From: an uncultured Rickettsiales bacterium | GTDB taxonomy: Bacteria; Margulisbacteria; Marinamargulisbacteria; GCA-2716485; CAZIFG01 | Length of the DNA: 64,000 nt | Assembly: GCA_964539135.1 (NCBI GenBank) | Contig: CAZIFG010000002.1 | Location: forward strand, 55,938 to 119,937 | Direction of reading: 5' to 3' | Shown here: piece after piece, positions 51,183-60,840 of the stretch | Layout of the letters: each line of letters opens with the position of its first letter | How positions within the stretch are numbered: position 1 is the first letter of the stretch | Program-made: the position numbers and the translations under genes | Notes under the pieces: model-generated | What the model was told of the DNA's origin: nothing | Seen by the model: the letters and a program-made list of their open reading frames with translations, nothing else | Databases searched by the model: none

Positions 51183-52988
51183 ATGAACCCGAAACAAACA
51201 CGAAATGTGGCCATTATTGCCCACGTTGACCATGGAAAAACAACCCTAGTAGATGAGCTTTTCAAACAAAGTGGTATGTGGCGAGACAACCAAGTGGTTC
51301 AAGAACGACTTATGGATTCCATGGATTTGGAAAAAGAAAGAGGCATTACCATTACCTCAAAAAATGGCGCCTGCAGATATAAAGAGTACCAAATTAACAT
51401 TATTGATACCCCAGGCCACGCGGATTTTGGTGGCGAAGTAGAACGGGTTTTAAAAATGTCAGATGGGGTTGTCTTTTTGGTAGATGCCGCAGAAGGCCCT
51501 ATGCCGCAATCCTATTTTGTACTTAAAAAAGCGGTAGCCTTAAATTTACCGGTCATTGTACTGGTAAATAAAATAGACAAGCCGGCTGCGCGTTGCGATT
51601 GGGCTGTCGATCAAGTCTTTGATGTACTTGCAGGCTTAAACGCACCGGATCATATTTTAGATTTTCCTGTTTTGTATGCAGCTGCGAGAAGTGGAATTAC
51701 TCGATTCACACCCGATGGCGAAGACAAAGACATGGCCCCTTTATTTGATTTAATCATCGAAAAAATTCCCTCACCACAAGGGGAGAGTGAAGCGCCTTTC
51801 CAACTTCTGGTGAGCAGTTTAAGCTACTCCTCCTTTTTAGGACGATTGGCCATTGGAAAAATCAGCAATGGAACCTTAAAAGTGAACCAAGAAATTGCGG
51901 TGGTTGCAGATAATCTTATCAAATCAAAAGCAAGAGTAACGAAGATTTATGGCTTTAATGCCGATCAACGTGTGGAAAAAGAATCCGCGATTGTAGGCGA
52001 TATCATTGCCTTATCAGGGGTTACAGAAGTGTTGGTAGGGGAAACCTTAACCAGTCCAGAGCATCCCGTTAGCTTACCCGCAACGCCCATAGATCCGCCG
52101 ACAATTTCCATGAAATTTATTCCGAATGATTCTCCCTTTTCAGGGAAAGAGGGCGAGTTCGTTACCTCTAACCAAGTAAGAGATAGGCTCACACGAGAGC
52201 TTTTAACAGACGTGGCCCTTCAAATGGAAGAGTTAACGGATCAGCCCGGATTTAAAGTATCCGGTCGTGGGGAGTTGCATTTGTCCATTCTCATTGAAAA
52301 AATGAGACGAGAAGGCTATGAATTCCAAGTCTCGAGACCCACTGTACTTTTTAAAACGGTAGACGGTCAAAGAGAAGAGCCTTACGAAGAAGTGACAGTA
52401 GACGTAGCTGAAGAGCATTCTGGAAAAGTTATTGAAACCATGGGAGAAAGAAAGGGGCAAATGACCAACATGGTTCAAGATAATGGGATGGTGCGCCTCA
52501 CGTTTAAAATCCCCACACGCGGTCTTTTAGGGTATCAATCAGAGTTTATGACCTTAACCAAAGGAATGGGTGTATTAAACTATATTTTTGCAGGATATGG
52601 ACCTTATGTAGGCGTCTTAAGAACAAGAAAAAATGGGGTTTTGATTTCCAAAGAAAATTGCGTGACTGTGGCCTATGCTCTGTGTAACTTACAAGAAAGA
52701 GGCGTTCTCTTTTTGGATGCGGGTGTAGATGTCTATGAAGGTCAAATCGTAGGTCAAAATTCCAGAGATGATGACATGGTCGTGAACGTGTCTAAAGGTA
52801 AAAAACTCACCAACATGAGAGCCTCCGGATCGGATGATGCGGTTGTACTTGTACCGGCTAGAAAATTAACGCTAGAAGATTGCATTGCCTTTATTGAAGA
52901 TGATGAATTGGTAGAAATTACGCCTAAAAACATCAGACTTCGTAAATTACACTTAAAAGAAACCGATCGCAAGCGCAGCGGTAATTAA
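51183..52988 (+). CDS. typA: Translational GTPase TypA/BipA
   Basis: AHVDHGKTT, ERGITI, DTPGHADFGGEVER, GRGELHL, PTRGL.G and TPKNIRLRK motifs. Confidence 0.97.
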   Translation: MNPKQTRNVAIIAHVDHGKTTLVDELFKQSGMWRDNQVVQERLMDSMDLEKERGITITSKNGACRYKEYQINIIDTPGHADFGGEVERVLKMSDGVVFLVDAAEGPMPQSYFVLKKAVALNLPVIVLVNKIDKPAARCDWAVDQVFDVLAGLNAPDHILDFPVLYAAARSGITRFTPDGEDKDMAPLFDLIIEKIPSPQGESEAPFQLLVSSLSYSSFLGRLAIGKISNGTLKVNQEIAVVADNLIKSKARVTKIYGFNADQRVEKESAIVGDIIALSGVTEVLVGETLTSPEHPVSLPATPIDPPTISMKFIPNDSPFSGKEGEFVTSNQVRDRLTRELLTDVALQMEELTDQPGFKVSGRGELHLSILIEKMRREGYEFQVSRPTVLFKTVDGQREEPYEEVTVDVAEEHSGKVIETMGERKGQMTNMVQDNGMVRLTFKIPTRGLLGYQSEFMTLTKGMGVLNYIFAGYGPYVGVLRTRKNGVLISKENCVTVAYALCNLQERGVLFLDAGVDVYEGQIVGQNSRDDDMVVNVSKGKKLTNMRASGSDDAVVLVPARKLTLEDCIAFIEDDELVEITPKNIRLRKLHLKETDRKRSGN

Positions 52989-52993
52989 GATAA

Positions 52994-53006
52994 GGGGGGG
53001 GGGGGG
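52994..53006 (+). repeat. G13 homopolymer occupying the RBS/spacer of the next gene
   Basis: TAA-G13-ATG. Confidence 0.85.
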
Positions 53007-53435
53007 ATGAAACTTAAAATAGCCCTTTTAATGGTAATAATGGGGGTATCTGTCGGGATTTCAGCGGAAGTGGAAAGCCTTCAGGAACAAAGAATTCGTC
53101 AAAAGTACGAAAAAAAAGTAGAGACCATTTTAAAAGAGTTAAATCTGACAGAGCAGCAGCAATCGCAGATTCAAGCCTATAAAGGGTCTTATGTCCAAAA
53201 AGGAAAAGAACTCTATAGAGAAGATCAGCGCATCCGGGTGCAGTTGCAAACGGCACGAAATGAGGTGCCATCCCTCCCTGGAAAGATTAAAGGCTTAACA
53301 GAGGCCCTGCAAATTGTAGATGTTAAAAAACAGGATTTTCGCTTTCAATTTATGCGAGACATGCGGAAAATTCTAAATCCAGAGCAATACCAACGCCTAA
53401 ACGAAATCGTGAACCAAGAACTCAATCGCAAATAG
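53007..53435 (+). CDS. Spy/CpxP-like periplasmic protein (LTxxQ motifs)
   Basis: Signal peptide, LNLTEQQ and ILNPEQ motifs. Confidence 0.7.
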   Translation: MKLKIALLMVIMGVSVGISAEVESLQEQRIRQKYEKKVETILKELNLTEQQQSQIQAYKGSYVQKGKELYREDQRIRVQLQTARNEVPSLPGKIKGLTEALQIVDVKKQDFRFQFMRDMRKILNPEQYQRLNEIVNQELNRK

Positions 53436-53436
53436 T

Positions 53437-53578
53437 GGGGCTATTGCGCGAAATGCCTACGTTTGGATCATATGCAAGGCATTCCGAGACCGAAAGCCCT
53501 TATATGAGATAAATGAGGACTTGTGAGGGACAAGGATAACACAGCAGATGGCCAAAATAGGCATTTCGCAACAGCCCC
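53437..53578 (+). mobile_element. MITE copy 5 (142 bp), TSD ATAGT
   Basis: Same TIRs with small indels; ATAGT on both flanks, the left copy containing the upstream gene's TAG. Confidence 0.9.
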
Positions 53579-53586
53579 ATAGTCCC

Positions 53587-54531
53587 TTAAAGATAATCGA
53601 TAGGATGTTGGAGTCGCTGAACAAGAACGGCTTCGGGGCTTCCGGGGATAGGATGCGAATCATATTCCCAGCTCACATGCTTGGGTAAACTCATCAAAAT
53701 ACTTTCAATACGGCCGCCTGTTTTAAGTCCAAAAAGAGTGCCTCTGTCGTAGATTAAATTAAATTCAACATAACGACCCCGTCTCAAAAGCTGCCAGTGT
53801 TTTTGAGCTTCCGTAAAGGAATCCTGAAGATGGGATTTAACAATGGGAAGATAAGCCTCTGAAAAGGCATAACCACAGCGTTTGGCAAATTCAAACAAGG
53901 CCTCTTTATCTCTGTCACGCAGGTAATCATAGAAAATACCGCCAATACCACGGGATTCTTCACGATGGGTATTGCAAAAATAGGTATCACACCAGGCTTT
54001 AAACTGAGGATAAAACTGAGGATCTGTGCCATCGCAGGCTGTTTTATGAACCTGATGAAAGTGAAGGGCATCGGCTTCAACCAAATAATAAGGGGTCAAG
54101 TCAGCACCGCCGCCAAACCACCAGACAGACTCTGTTTCTGTAATGAGTTCAAAATAACGATAATTGGCATGCGTTGTGGGAATCATGGGGCTAAAGGGAT
54201 GGATCACAAGGCTAATGCCAGTGGCAAAAAACCGAGCGCCTTTTAGGGGACTTGTAAGGCTAATATTTTGCTGGGAAAGCATTTTCCCAAACATCTCAAT
54301 TTCCATCTCTTTTTCAATTGTGCCTGTAACGGCAGAGGTGTTCACACCTCCTTTTTCAAATACACTGCCATCGGCAATGACGCGTGTTCTACCGCCGCCG
54401 CCGCCGGGTCTATCCCAAATATCTTCGCGAAAGCGAACCGTTTCAACAGATTCTAAGGTGGTGCAAATATGATCTTGAAGCTTGAGAACAAGATCCTGCA
54501 TTTGCTGACACATAGGGCTAAATGGTTTCAT
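53587..54531 (-). CDS. hemF: Oxygen-dependent coproporphyrinogen III oxidase
   Basis: GGGG.TRV, FEKGGVN, HANYRYF, WWFGGG.DLTP and RRGRYVEFNL.YDRGT.FGL motifs. Confidence 0.97.
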   Translation of the reverse strand: MKPFSPMCQQMQDLVLKLQDHICTTLESVETVRFREDIWDRPGGGGGRTRVIADGSVFEKGGVNTSAVTGTIEKEMEIEMFGKMLSQQNISLTSPLKGARFFATGISLVIHPFSPMIPTTHANYRYFELITETESVWWFGGGADLTPYYLVEADALHFHQVHKTACDGTDPQFYPQFKAWCDTYFCNTHREESRGIGGIFYDYLRDRDKEALFEFAKRCGYAFSEAYLPIVKSHLQDSFTEAQKHWQLLRRGRYVEFNLIYDRGTLFGLKTGGRIESILMSLPKHVSWEYDSHPIPGSPEAVLVQRLQHPIDYL

Positions 54532-54592
54532 GCGCGGATTATAGAAGAAAGTTATAAAAGGCGCAATAGATAAATAAAATAAAAAATAAGAT

Positions 54593-55630
54593 TTAAAACC
54601 GCCTCAGATCTGAATGAAGGGCAATCTGATTTTGACCTTCAACCAAGGATTTGGCAAAGAGAGCGGCAAAGTAAGGGCACATCATCACACCCCGAGATCC
54701 GAATCCGCTAAAAAGGCCAACCTGAGGAAAGGTAGGATGTAAGCCAATGAGAGGTTTCAGATCAGGGACCAGACATCTGACGGCGGCATGATGGTCCAAA
54801 ACCGTATAGGAAACAGATAAAAAGCGATTCAAGGTATCTAAAAGTAGGGCTTTACCAGTGGCGGTAGGCTGAGGCGTCAAGTCATCCCATTCATAGGTGG
54901 CGCCAAACCGAAAACAGTGATTGTCTAGGGGGACCAACCATTTCCCAAAATGATAAATGGCATCCGCATCCAAATCAGGGATGGAGAGCGTGAGTGTTTC
55001 TCCCTTTGCCATGCGGTAAGGAAGCGTGGAAAAAAAACGAGAAAATCGCGTATCCGCACCGATGCAATACAGGATTTTATGAAAGGAAATATCCTGCCAA
55101 GAACCGCCATTTTCATGGAGAATGAGATCCGATTCAGAAAAGCAGTCATCTCGGCATACTGTCGGGTAGTGCTGCTTAAATGCTGTTAAAAAAGAGGTAG
55201 GGTTCAAGGCCACACAGCCCTTCATTTCAACACCTCCAAAGGGAAGCAAAAAACCAGGTAGAGAATGAAGCGTCTGTCCATAATAATCAGAAAATTCTGG
55301 GAGCTCGACTTTTTTTTGAAAGATTCGAGCGGTTTCATCGGATTCAAAAAGGCGGTAAGCAGGGGTTTCAATCAAAAAAGAGGCCTGCCACTGAGATTCC
55401 AGAGACCGATAAGTATTACAGGCAACAGGAATGAATTGTTCACCTTGCCAAGTCAGTGTGAGTCTTTTACCTGAAATATAATCCATAAGCCCAGCCGCAA
55501 CCGTAGAGGCAGAATGGGTGTAATGGTTATCGATCACACATACACTGGCATTTAAACGCATCAGCGCCTCTGCAAGCAAAGTGCCTGCCAGTCCTTGTCC
55601 CACAATCAAATATTCAACCGTATGTGTCAT
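54593..55630 (-). CDS. FAD-dependent oxidoreductase (DAO/MnmC-like)
   Basis: IVGQGLAGT dinucleotide-binding fold, KGE.L, GATYEW, D..P.IG.HP and G.GSRG motifs. Confidence 0.85.
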   Translation of the reverse strand: MTHTVEYLIVGQGLAGTLLAEALMRLNASVCVIDNHYTHSASTVAAGLMDYISGKRLTLTWQGEQFIPVACNTYRSLESQWQASFLIETPAYRLFESDETARIFQKKVELPEFSDYYGQTLHSLPGFLLPFGGVEMKGCVALNPTSFLTAFKQHYPTVCRDDCFSESDLILHENGGSWQDISFHKILYCIGADTRFSRFFSTLPYRMAKGETLTLSIPDLDADAIYHFGKWLVPLDNHCFRFGATYEWDDLTPQPTATGKALLLDTLNRFLSVSYTVLDHHAAVRCLVPDLKPLIGLHPTFPQVGLFSGFGSRGVMMCPYFAALFAKSLVEGQNQIALHSDLRRF

Positions 55631-55766
55631 GGTTTTAAGTATACACGAAGGAACAAAAAAGCGGAATTTTAGGGGGGTGTTTTTTTTAAGTAAAAAATGA
55701 TATTTTAATAACGTTTTTTAAAAAAATAAAATAAATAAAAGCAGAAATGCAAAGCGAGATTTGGAT

Positions 55767-58712
55767 ATGAAGAAAATAGTATCTCGAGGGGTAGTTTTAG
55801 ACTCATTATTGCATCTATCGGATAAAAGCCTAGGATTGTCAGATGAAATCGTAGACGCATGTTTAAAAAATCCAGATCAGATAGTTGGGGATTTTTTAAA
55901 AGAAACAGGCAAAAGTACAAATGAAAAAAGTATTGAAAGGGCATTGTGGTTAATTTTTTTAAATCAATTTGACGTGCCGATTGCAGATAAAAGTCAATGG
56001 CGTATCCCAACATTTCAACCCAAGGCAGAAGAGTTGACGTCTAAAAGCCGTTGTATGATATGGTTACTCTCTCATCGGGGAATAGAGACGAGAAAACCGA
56101 TAACAGATAGATATTGGCAGATTATAATCGATGCCTTGGATCTTAAAATCAATATAAAACAATTCACAGCAATCATAGAAGGAAGAGAAACTGATGAGGC
56201 GTATAAAAGTAGCATCAGTCAGCATATAGGGGCAATTTTAAAACGGAGAGATATTCCGGACACGCCAGAGCACATTCAGTATGTCATGAAAGTGATAACC
56301 CAAAGTCCCTTGTTAAAGGGGAGCCAGGGACCTGAATTTAAAGCAAAAATTATGTGGGAGTGGGAGGCTATTCAAGCGGAAGTATTAAATCCAGCCCCCT
56401 TGCTCAAAGCAGAATCCTTACTTCCAAACATAACGAATTTGCTTAAGTCTAATATCATTGTAAGGGTGCCTGAGTATAGAGTAGACGAGGTATTCCGTAA
56501 AATATTATCAAAAACAGAGGCGTTAGCCAGAGATATATTACATAGCCTTAAAAGGCTAAAACCAGATGTAATAGTAGTCTATGATAAGACACTCAAGCAA
56601 AACGGCAAGTGTCATGGGGTTTTAGGCGAAATCGCAAAAGCAGGGCATGCAGAATTATTTAGAGAGGTCGTAGCAGAGATTGGCGGAGTGCCAACAAAAT
56701 CAGCGATGGGAGAAAAAGATAGCGAAGAAATGACACTTGTAGATGCAGTTGTTTTGGGAGGATCTGTAGCCCTGTTAACATATTTAGAGATTGAAGATCT
56801 AGAATTACAAAACGAAGGCGTGCTGGGATTAGCATTAGAGTCGGGATCTCCGGAGATGGTGTTGCAATGCTTAAGTTTAAGAGATAGGGGGAGTCTGCAG
56901 ATTGATAGAGATAAAAAGGGTAACACTCTACTCATGCAAGCGATAAAGGGCGAAGACTCGAAAATTTCAGTAGATATTGCGCGAACTTTACATCAAAGCA
57001 TGGGAGACACATACTTTTGGGCATATTATGCAAAAATAGAAAATGCAAAAAGGGAAACGGCACTAAGCCTGGCTATTACCACAAAACAAAGAGCATTGGT
57101 GAAGATTCTAGGGGGTATATTGGAGCCAAAGCATGTACAGGCTTTAATTCTATCTGGGGATCTTAACTTTATTGAGGCTGTCATAAAAGACTTAGGTGTA
57201 AGTAGAGATCACCTCATAACTAGGTATTTTGAGTATGTTGCTAAATATGCAGGGGGTATTATTCTAAGTGATTTAAAGGATAAACGTAGTCTAGAACGGC
57301 GACAGTGGCTCTTTAAAATACAGAGTGGATCAGAAGAAACGCGTGCACATCAGCTCATAAAATGGGCGCCTGGTGTTTTATATGGGATATTAGAAAAATG
57401 CAGCAGTGAACATATTAGCGAGGTGTTACTGATTAAAACAAAATATGGGGGGTTTGTACTGGCACATTTACTGGCCTATATGCATCCTGAAACATTAAAC
57501 ACGATATTAAAATACGTAATATTACCCACAAAATTACAATTGCTTGGACTACGATTCGGAGGTGGATCAGCAGTTTTGAGTTTGCTCTTAAAATACAGTA
57601 CGGGGGAGTCAGGGGGGCTAGCAGGTACTCAGACGGTAGAGGAGTTAGGTCAGATTCTTTCAAATAGAGTGCTCAGTCCCCTCTTTTTAGGTGTGTTCTC
57701 AAATAGAAATAGGCCCTTGGAAAAGTATATTAAAAATAGCAGTTATGAGAACCGTGTAATGCTTTTAAGTCAAAGAATAGGCGAAAAATCCTTGGCTGAG
57801 GTATATGTAGAAAAAGATAGTGAGGGCTTTAATAGAATTTTAGAAAGCTGTACGTTTAAAAAAGAGATAGAAGACATCTTAAACATTTTAAATAGAAAAG
57901 GCCTCTATTTAAAAACAATCCTGATTAACACGCAGCGGGCCCTTTTAAAAGAAATACTCAAACACCATACACATGAAGAAAAATGGCATGTGTTATGTCA
58001 AAAACGTCAATGGAAGTTAAGCGATATCGACAATGCCTTCAATCAATGGGTACAGGAATGGGTCGGGATAGATCTATCGAAGGAGGGGGTAGAGGAACTT
58101 TGGGCCATTAGTACAATGGGGGAAAAGATAATGATGATAGGGAACCTCAGAAGAGCACCCAAAGAAGTCTCTGACGCCTTACAAAAAAAATTAGAGGAAT
58201 GGTTTGATAACAAATGGCACAACAAAGTAGAACCGTTAAGTACAAAGGATGCCTTAGAGGGCCTATTGGAACTCCAAAAAATAGGGGGATGGGAAGAGAT
58301 TGCCTGTGCGTGGATGACGGAATGCCTACTCAGAAGTGTAGCCATGCTAGACCAGTGTGATACGATAGCCCAAAAAATAAAAATTTTAGGACAAAAGGTT
58401 CATAAGAAGGCAGGAATTTCGGAGGAGGGGGATACAGTGGCAAATGTATTGATCAAAAGCGGACAGAGCCTAATTGTAGAGGAAATCTTAGGAGATCCAT
58501 CATGTGCAGCAGAAGCAGAAGCCTTGATAAGGGCCAGTATCACTGCAAAAGAGATCGGAAGCGGAGAGGAGCTAAGTGTAGAAGAAGACTATGAAATCTT
58601 TACGGATCAATGGGTAGAAGCCTGGCTCGGCGAAGAAGACTCAAGTGGAGACTCAGGTGAAGACTCAAGTAAAGATCCATGTTTAGGCCCCTGTAAAAGA
58701 CAAAGGCTATAG
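55767..58712 (+). CDS. Large ankyrin-repeat orphan (about 981 aa) with acidic tail and C-terminal KRQRL
   Basis: DKKGNTLLMQA and NAKRETALSLA ankyrin motifs; paralog of the ORF at 60841. Confidence 0.75.
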   Translation: MKKIVSRGVVLDSLLHLSDKSLGLSDEIVDACLKNPDQIVGDFLKETGKSTNEKSIERALWLIFLNQFDVPIADKSQWRIPTFQPKAEELTSKSRCMIWLLSHRGIETRKPITDRYWQIIIDALDLKINIKQFTAIIEGRETDEAYKSSISQHIGAILKRRDIPDTPEHIQYVMKVITQSPLLKGSQGPEFKAKIMWEWEAIQAEVLNPAPLLKAESLLPNITNLLKSNIIVRVPEYRVDEVFRKILSKTEALARDILHSLKRLKPDVIVVYDKTLKQNGKCHGVLGEIAKAGHAELFREVVAEIGGVPTKSAMGEKDSEEMTLVDAVVLGGSVALLTYLEIEDLELQNEGVLGLALESGSPEMVLQCLSLRDRGSLQIDRDKKGNTLLMQAIKGEDSKISVDIARTLHQSMGDTYFWAYYAKIENAKRETALSLAITTKQRALVKILGGILEPKHVQALILSGDLNFIEAVIKDLGVSRDHLITRYFEYVAKYAGGIILSDLKDKRSLERRQWLFKIQSGSEETRAHQLIKWAPGVLYGILEKCSSEHISEVLLIKTKYGGFVLAHLLAYMHPETLNTILKYVILPTKLQLLGLRFGGGSAVLSLLLKYSTGESGGLAGTQTVEELGQILSNRVLSPLFLGVFSNRNRPLEKYIKNSSYENRVMLLSQRIGEKSLAEVYVEKDSEGFNRILESCTFKKEIEDILNILNRKGLYLKTILINTQRALLKEILKHHTHEEKWHVLCQKRQWKLSDIDNAFNQWVQEWVGIDLSKEGVEELWAISTMGEKIMMIGNLRRAPKEVSDALQKKLEEWFDNKWHNKVEPLSTKDALEGLLELQKIGGWEEIACAWMTECLLRSVAMLDQCDTIAQKIKILGQKVHKKAGISEEGDTVANVLIKSGQSLIVEEILGDPSCAAEAEALIRASITAKEIGSGEELSVEEDYEIFTDQWVEAWLGEEDSSGDSGEDSSKDPCLGPCKRQRL

Positions 58713-58728
58713 GTAAAGGATCAGCATC

Positions 58729-58756
58729 TAGAGTCTTATTTAAGAGTAAGACTCTA
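58729..58756. terminator. Hairpin between convergent genes (probable bidirectional terminator)
   Basis: TAGAGTCTTA-N8-TAAGACTCTA perfect 10-bp stem. Confidence 0.55.
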
Positions 58757-58779
58757 ATGGTGATGGAATCGTCAAAAAA

Positions 58780-58818
58780 AGATATTAAAATGGGCTACAA
58801 TCGCCATAACCATCAGTC
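58780..58818 (+). repeat. 39-bp direct repeat, copy 1 (3' end of the 577 aa gene)
   Basis: 36/39 identical to 60592-60630; first 27 bp identical. Confidence 0.9.
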
Positions 58819-60518
58819 GAAGATTCATCATCTGCCGTGGTATCAGGATCTGAATCCTTTCCTCTTGTTCTCTTTGATGCAGGCTGGTGTGGCTGTTCAC
58901 CAGAACCAGCAATAGCATTAGAGGCACGCTTCAAGGCATTAGTGACATAATCACTTCTACGGTCCCGATTGTCTGTTCTATGACGACAACTACCACTATC
59001 TTTAGGAGGACGAACAACTACACAGGAACGGACATCCTTTTCTATTGAGGTGTTCAAATCCACGAGGATGTTATCTATCTGTTTAATGAGCTTTTGTTTA
59101 GCAGCCTCAAAGCGCTTGTATGTGAGAGAAGCAGGATTTCCGCTGTGGTTGCTAGCGCTTAGATTGCGTTTGAATAAGTGTAAAGAATCGCGAAAGTCTG
59201 GCTTATATTGACTTGAGATAAATAGAGTATTGAGGCGGTTTACTATATCTGGAAGCTTATTTAGGTCCTTCAGACGATCGCTAAGGACGCCTAGATCGCT
59301 GAACCAGATATTTAACAAGGAGTTACCATCGGGATGTTTTGTGACAAGAATTTGGATTAAAGTATTAGGATGTACAGATGGCGTATTTAATCCAAAACTA
59401 AGAACTCTCCATAGATCAAAAGAGGAGCGTGTTTCTCTTGAATACTGATATGCCGCATAGAGGAGTTTGGTAGGATAATTTTGAGTGAGTAATAACATAA
59501 TAGAACTGTTAAAGAAGTTGGTGTAATGGCTGCTCAAACTTAAGTCTAAAGTTTCTATAATTTTTGCTTCTAGAGTTGGTAAATCTCCATGTAGATCTAG
59601 AAGCGGCTGCATACAGGAAAATTCAGAAGATGTTACGAGATCTTTATTAATTTTGGGGTATAACTGTATGAGATTATGTAAATAAGTTAATCTGTTTGCT
59701 GAATAAGGATTGCCAGAGTGGAGTGAAATCATTGCCTGTATAAATTGAAACTTGGTTTTTCTTAATGAACTATGAATGGCTCTTGATGAGACTGGATTGC
59801 TCTCTACAAGAGACGTCCATGATTCATAAGAGTTAATAATACCATATGTGTTTTTAAGAAGCTTGAGGATGTGAGGCGCAGTGGGGTGCACTCCATAATG
59901 CTGAGGCATGCCATTGAGATTCCCATTAAAAATAAAAATAGGAAACGAAAAAGTGGTAAATGTCGCCGCCAGATCGGAATGAGAGACACACAGATGCGGG
60001 ATGATAAGTGCAAGAGGTGGGTTATCCTGTAAGGGCTTCAAAAAGTCAAAATTTCTTGCCAAGTAATAAATATCCTGAAGAACAACTATATTTCCAGATA
60101 AATCGCTTTTAAGAAGGTCCTTAAGAGAATTTTCAAAAAATAACGCTGGGATATCTTGACTAAAATAGGGGATTCGTTCTGGTAAATGTTGTCTAGAAAT
60201 CTTGGGCCATCCATATGGATTAGAGGGGGTTCTAAAAACACGAGCAAACAATGGTCCTAAATAGCCATAGAACTGATGGTTCAATTGGCTGATGGGGCTA
60301 TCTACACCTAAAAAGGCATCTATAATGTTCCAAGGACCTGTAGGGAGAGGGGGGACAGATGAGGCCGATAGGGCAGTCTTGCGAGTCGGTCTAGTCTTGC
60401 GAGTCGGTCTAGTCTTGCCAATCGGTTCAAGCCCTCTATTATCAAACCCGGAGGCTTGTGCATAGACAGGGTAAAGATCATGCCATGTGGGGTGATAAAT
60501 AGAAATTGTTTTTTTCAT
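58785..60518 (-). CDS. Orphan protein (577 aa) with basic N-terminal repeat and basic/acidic tail
   Basis: Long open frame; RKTRPT repeats; PASKRTRGK followed by DSDPDTTADDESSTD. Confidence 0.7.
   Translation of the reverse strand: MKKTISIYHPTWHDLYPVYAQASGFDNRGLEPIGKTRPTRKTRPTRKTALSASSVPPLPTGPWNIIDAFLGVDSPISQLNHQFYGYLGPLFARVFRTPSNPYGWPKISRQHLPERIPYFSQDIPALFFENSLKDLLKSDLSGNIVVLQDIYYLARNFDFLKPLQDNPPLALIIPHLCVSHSDLAATFTTFSFPIFIFNGNLNGMPQHYGVHPTAPHILKLLKNTYGIINSYESWTSLVESNPVSSRAIHSSLRKTKFQFIQAMISLHSGNPYSANRLTYLHNLIQLYPKINKDLVTSSEFSCMQPLLDLHGDLPTLEAKIIETLDLSLSSHYTNFFNSSIMLLLTQNYPTKLLYAAYQYSRETRSSFDLWRVLSFGLNTPSVHPNTLIQILVTKHPDGNSLLNIWFSDLGVLSDRLKDLNKLPDIVNRLNTLFISSQYKPDFRDSLHLFKRNLSASNHSGNPASLTYKRFEAAKQKLIKQIDNILVDLNTSIEKDVRSCVVVRPPKDSGSCRHRTDNRDRRSDYVTNALKRASNAIAGSGEQPHQPASKRTRGKDSDPDTTADDESSTDGYGDCSPF
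60375..60418. repeat. 18-bp tandem repeat (about 2.4 copies) encoding KTRPTR
   Basis: AGTCTTGCGAGTCGGTCT x2 plus AGTCTTGC. Confidence 0.9.
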
Positions 60519-60591
60519 AATGGGTTGTTTATAAATTGTTTTATATTTTAATAAAAAAATATATTATAATGTTAATGTGGTTGTCAAGTCG

Positions 60592-60630
60592 AGATATTAA
60601 AATGGGCTACAATCGCCAGAACTATCACTC
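60592..60630 (+). repeat. 39-bp direct repeat, copy 2 (intergenic)
   Basis: See copy 1. Confidence 0.9.
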
Positions 60631-60840
60631 AATAGGATTACTAGAACGAAGAGAAGCTGGTATAATCTTCGGGAGGGGAAAAGAAATCGTGTTATTTTCG
60701 GAAAAACCAGAATTCGCTTACGAAGTCCCCTTCATTTTATCAATCTTTACTCGTACGTTGCTAATTTTTATAAAATCATTGTATTATTTAAACAAAAATA
60801 GTTAGATTAAAAAATAAAATAAAATTTTTAAAGGAAAAAA

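Noticed and set aside
29510-53578. Repeats as a CRISPR array
   Set aside because: Copies are dispersed, ~140 bp, and have TIRs and TSDs; there is no regular spacer array and no cas gene.
42128-53663. Track ORFs 42128-42346, 51014-51289 and 53457-53663 that resemble each other
   Set aside because: They are translations of MITE copies (antisense or overlapping real genes), not genes.
60536-60805. 89 aa plus-strand ORF
   Set aside because: Spans an AT-rich divergent promoter region and the repeat scar; no RBS and no coding-like composition.
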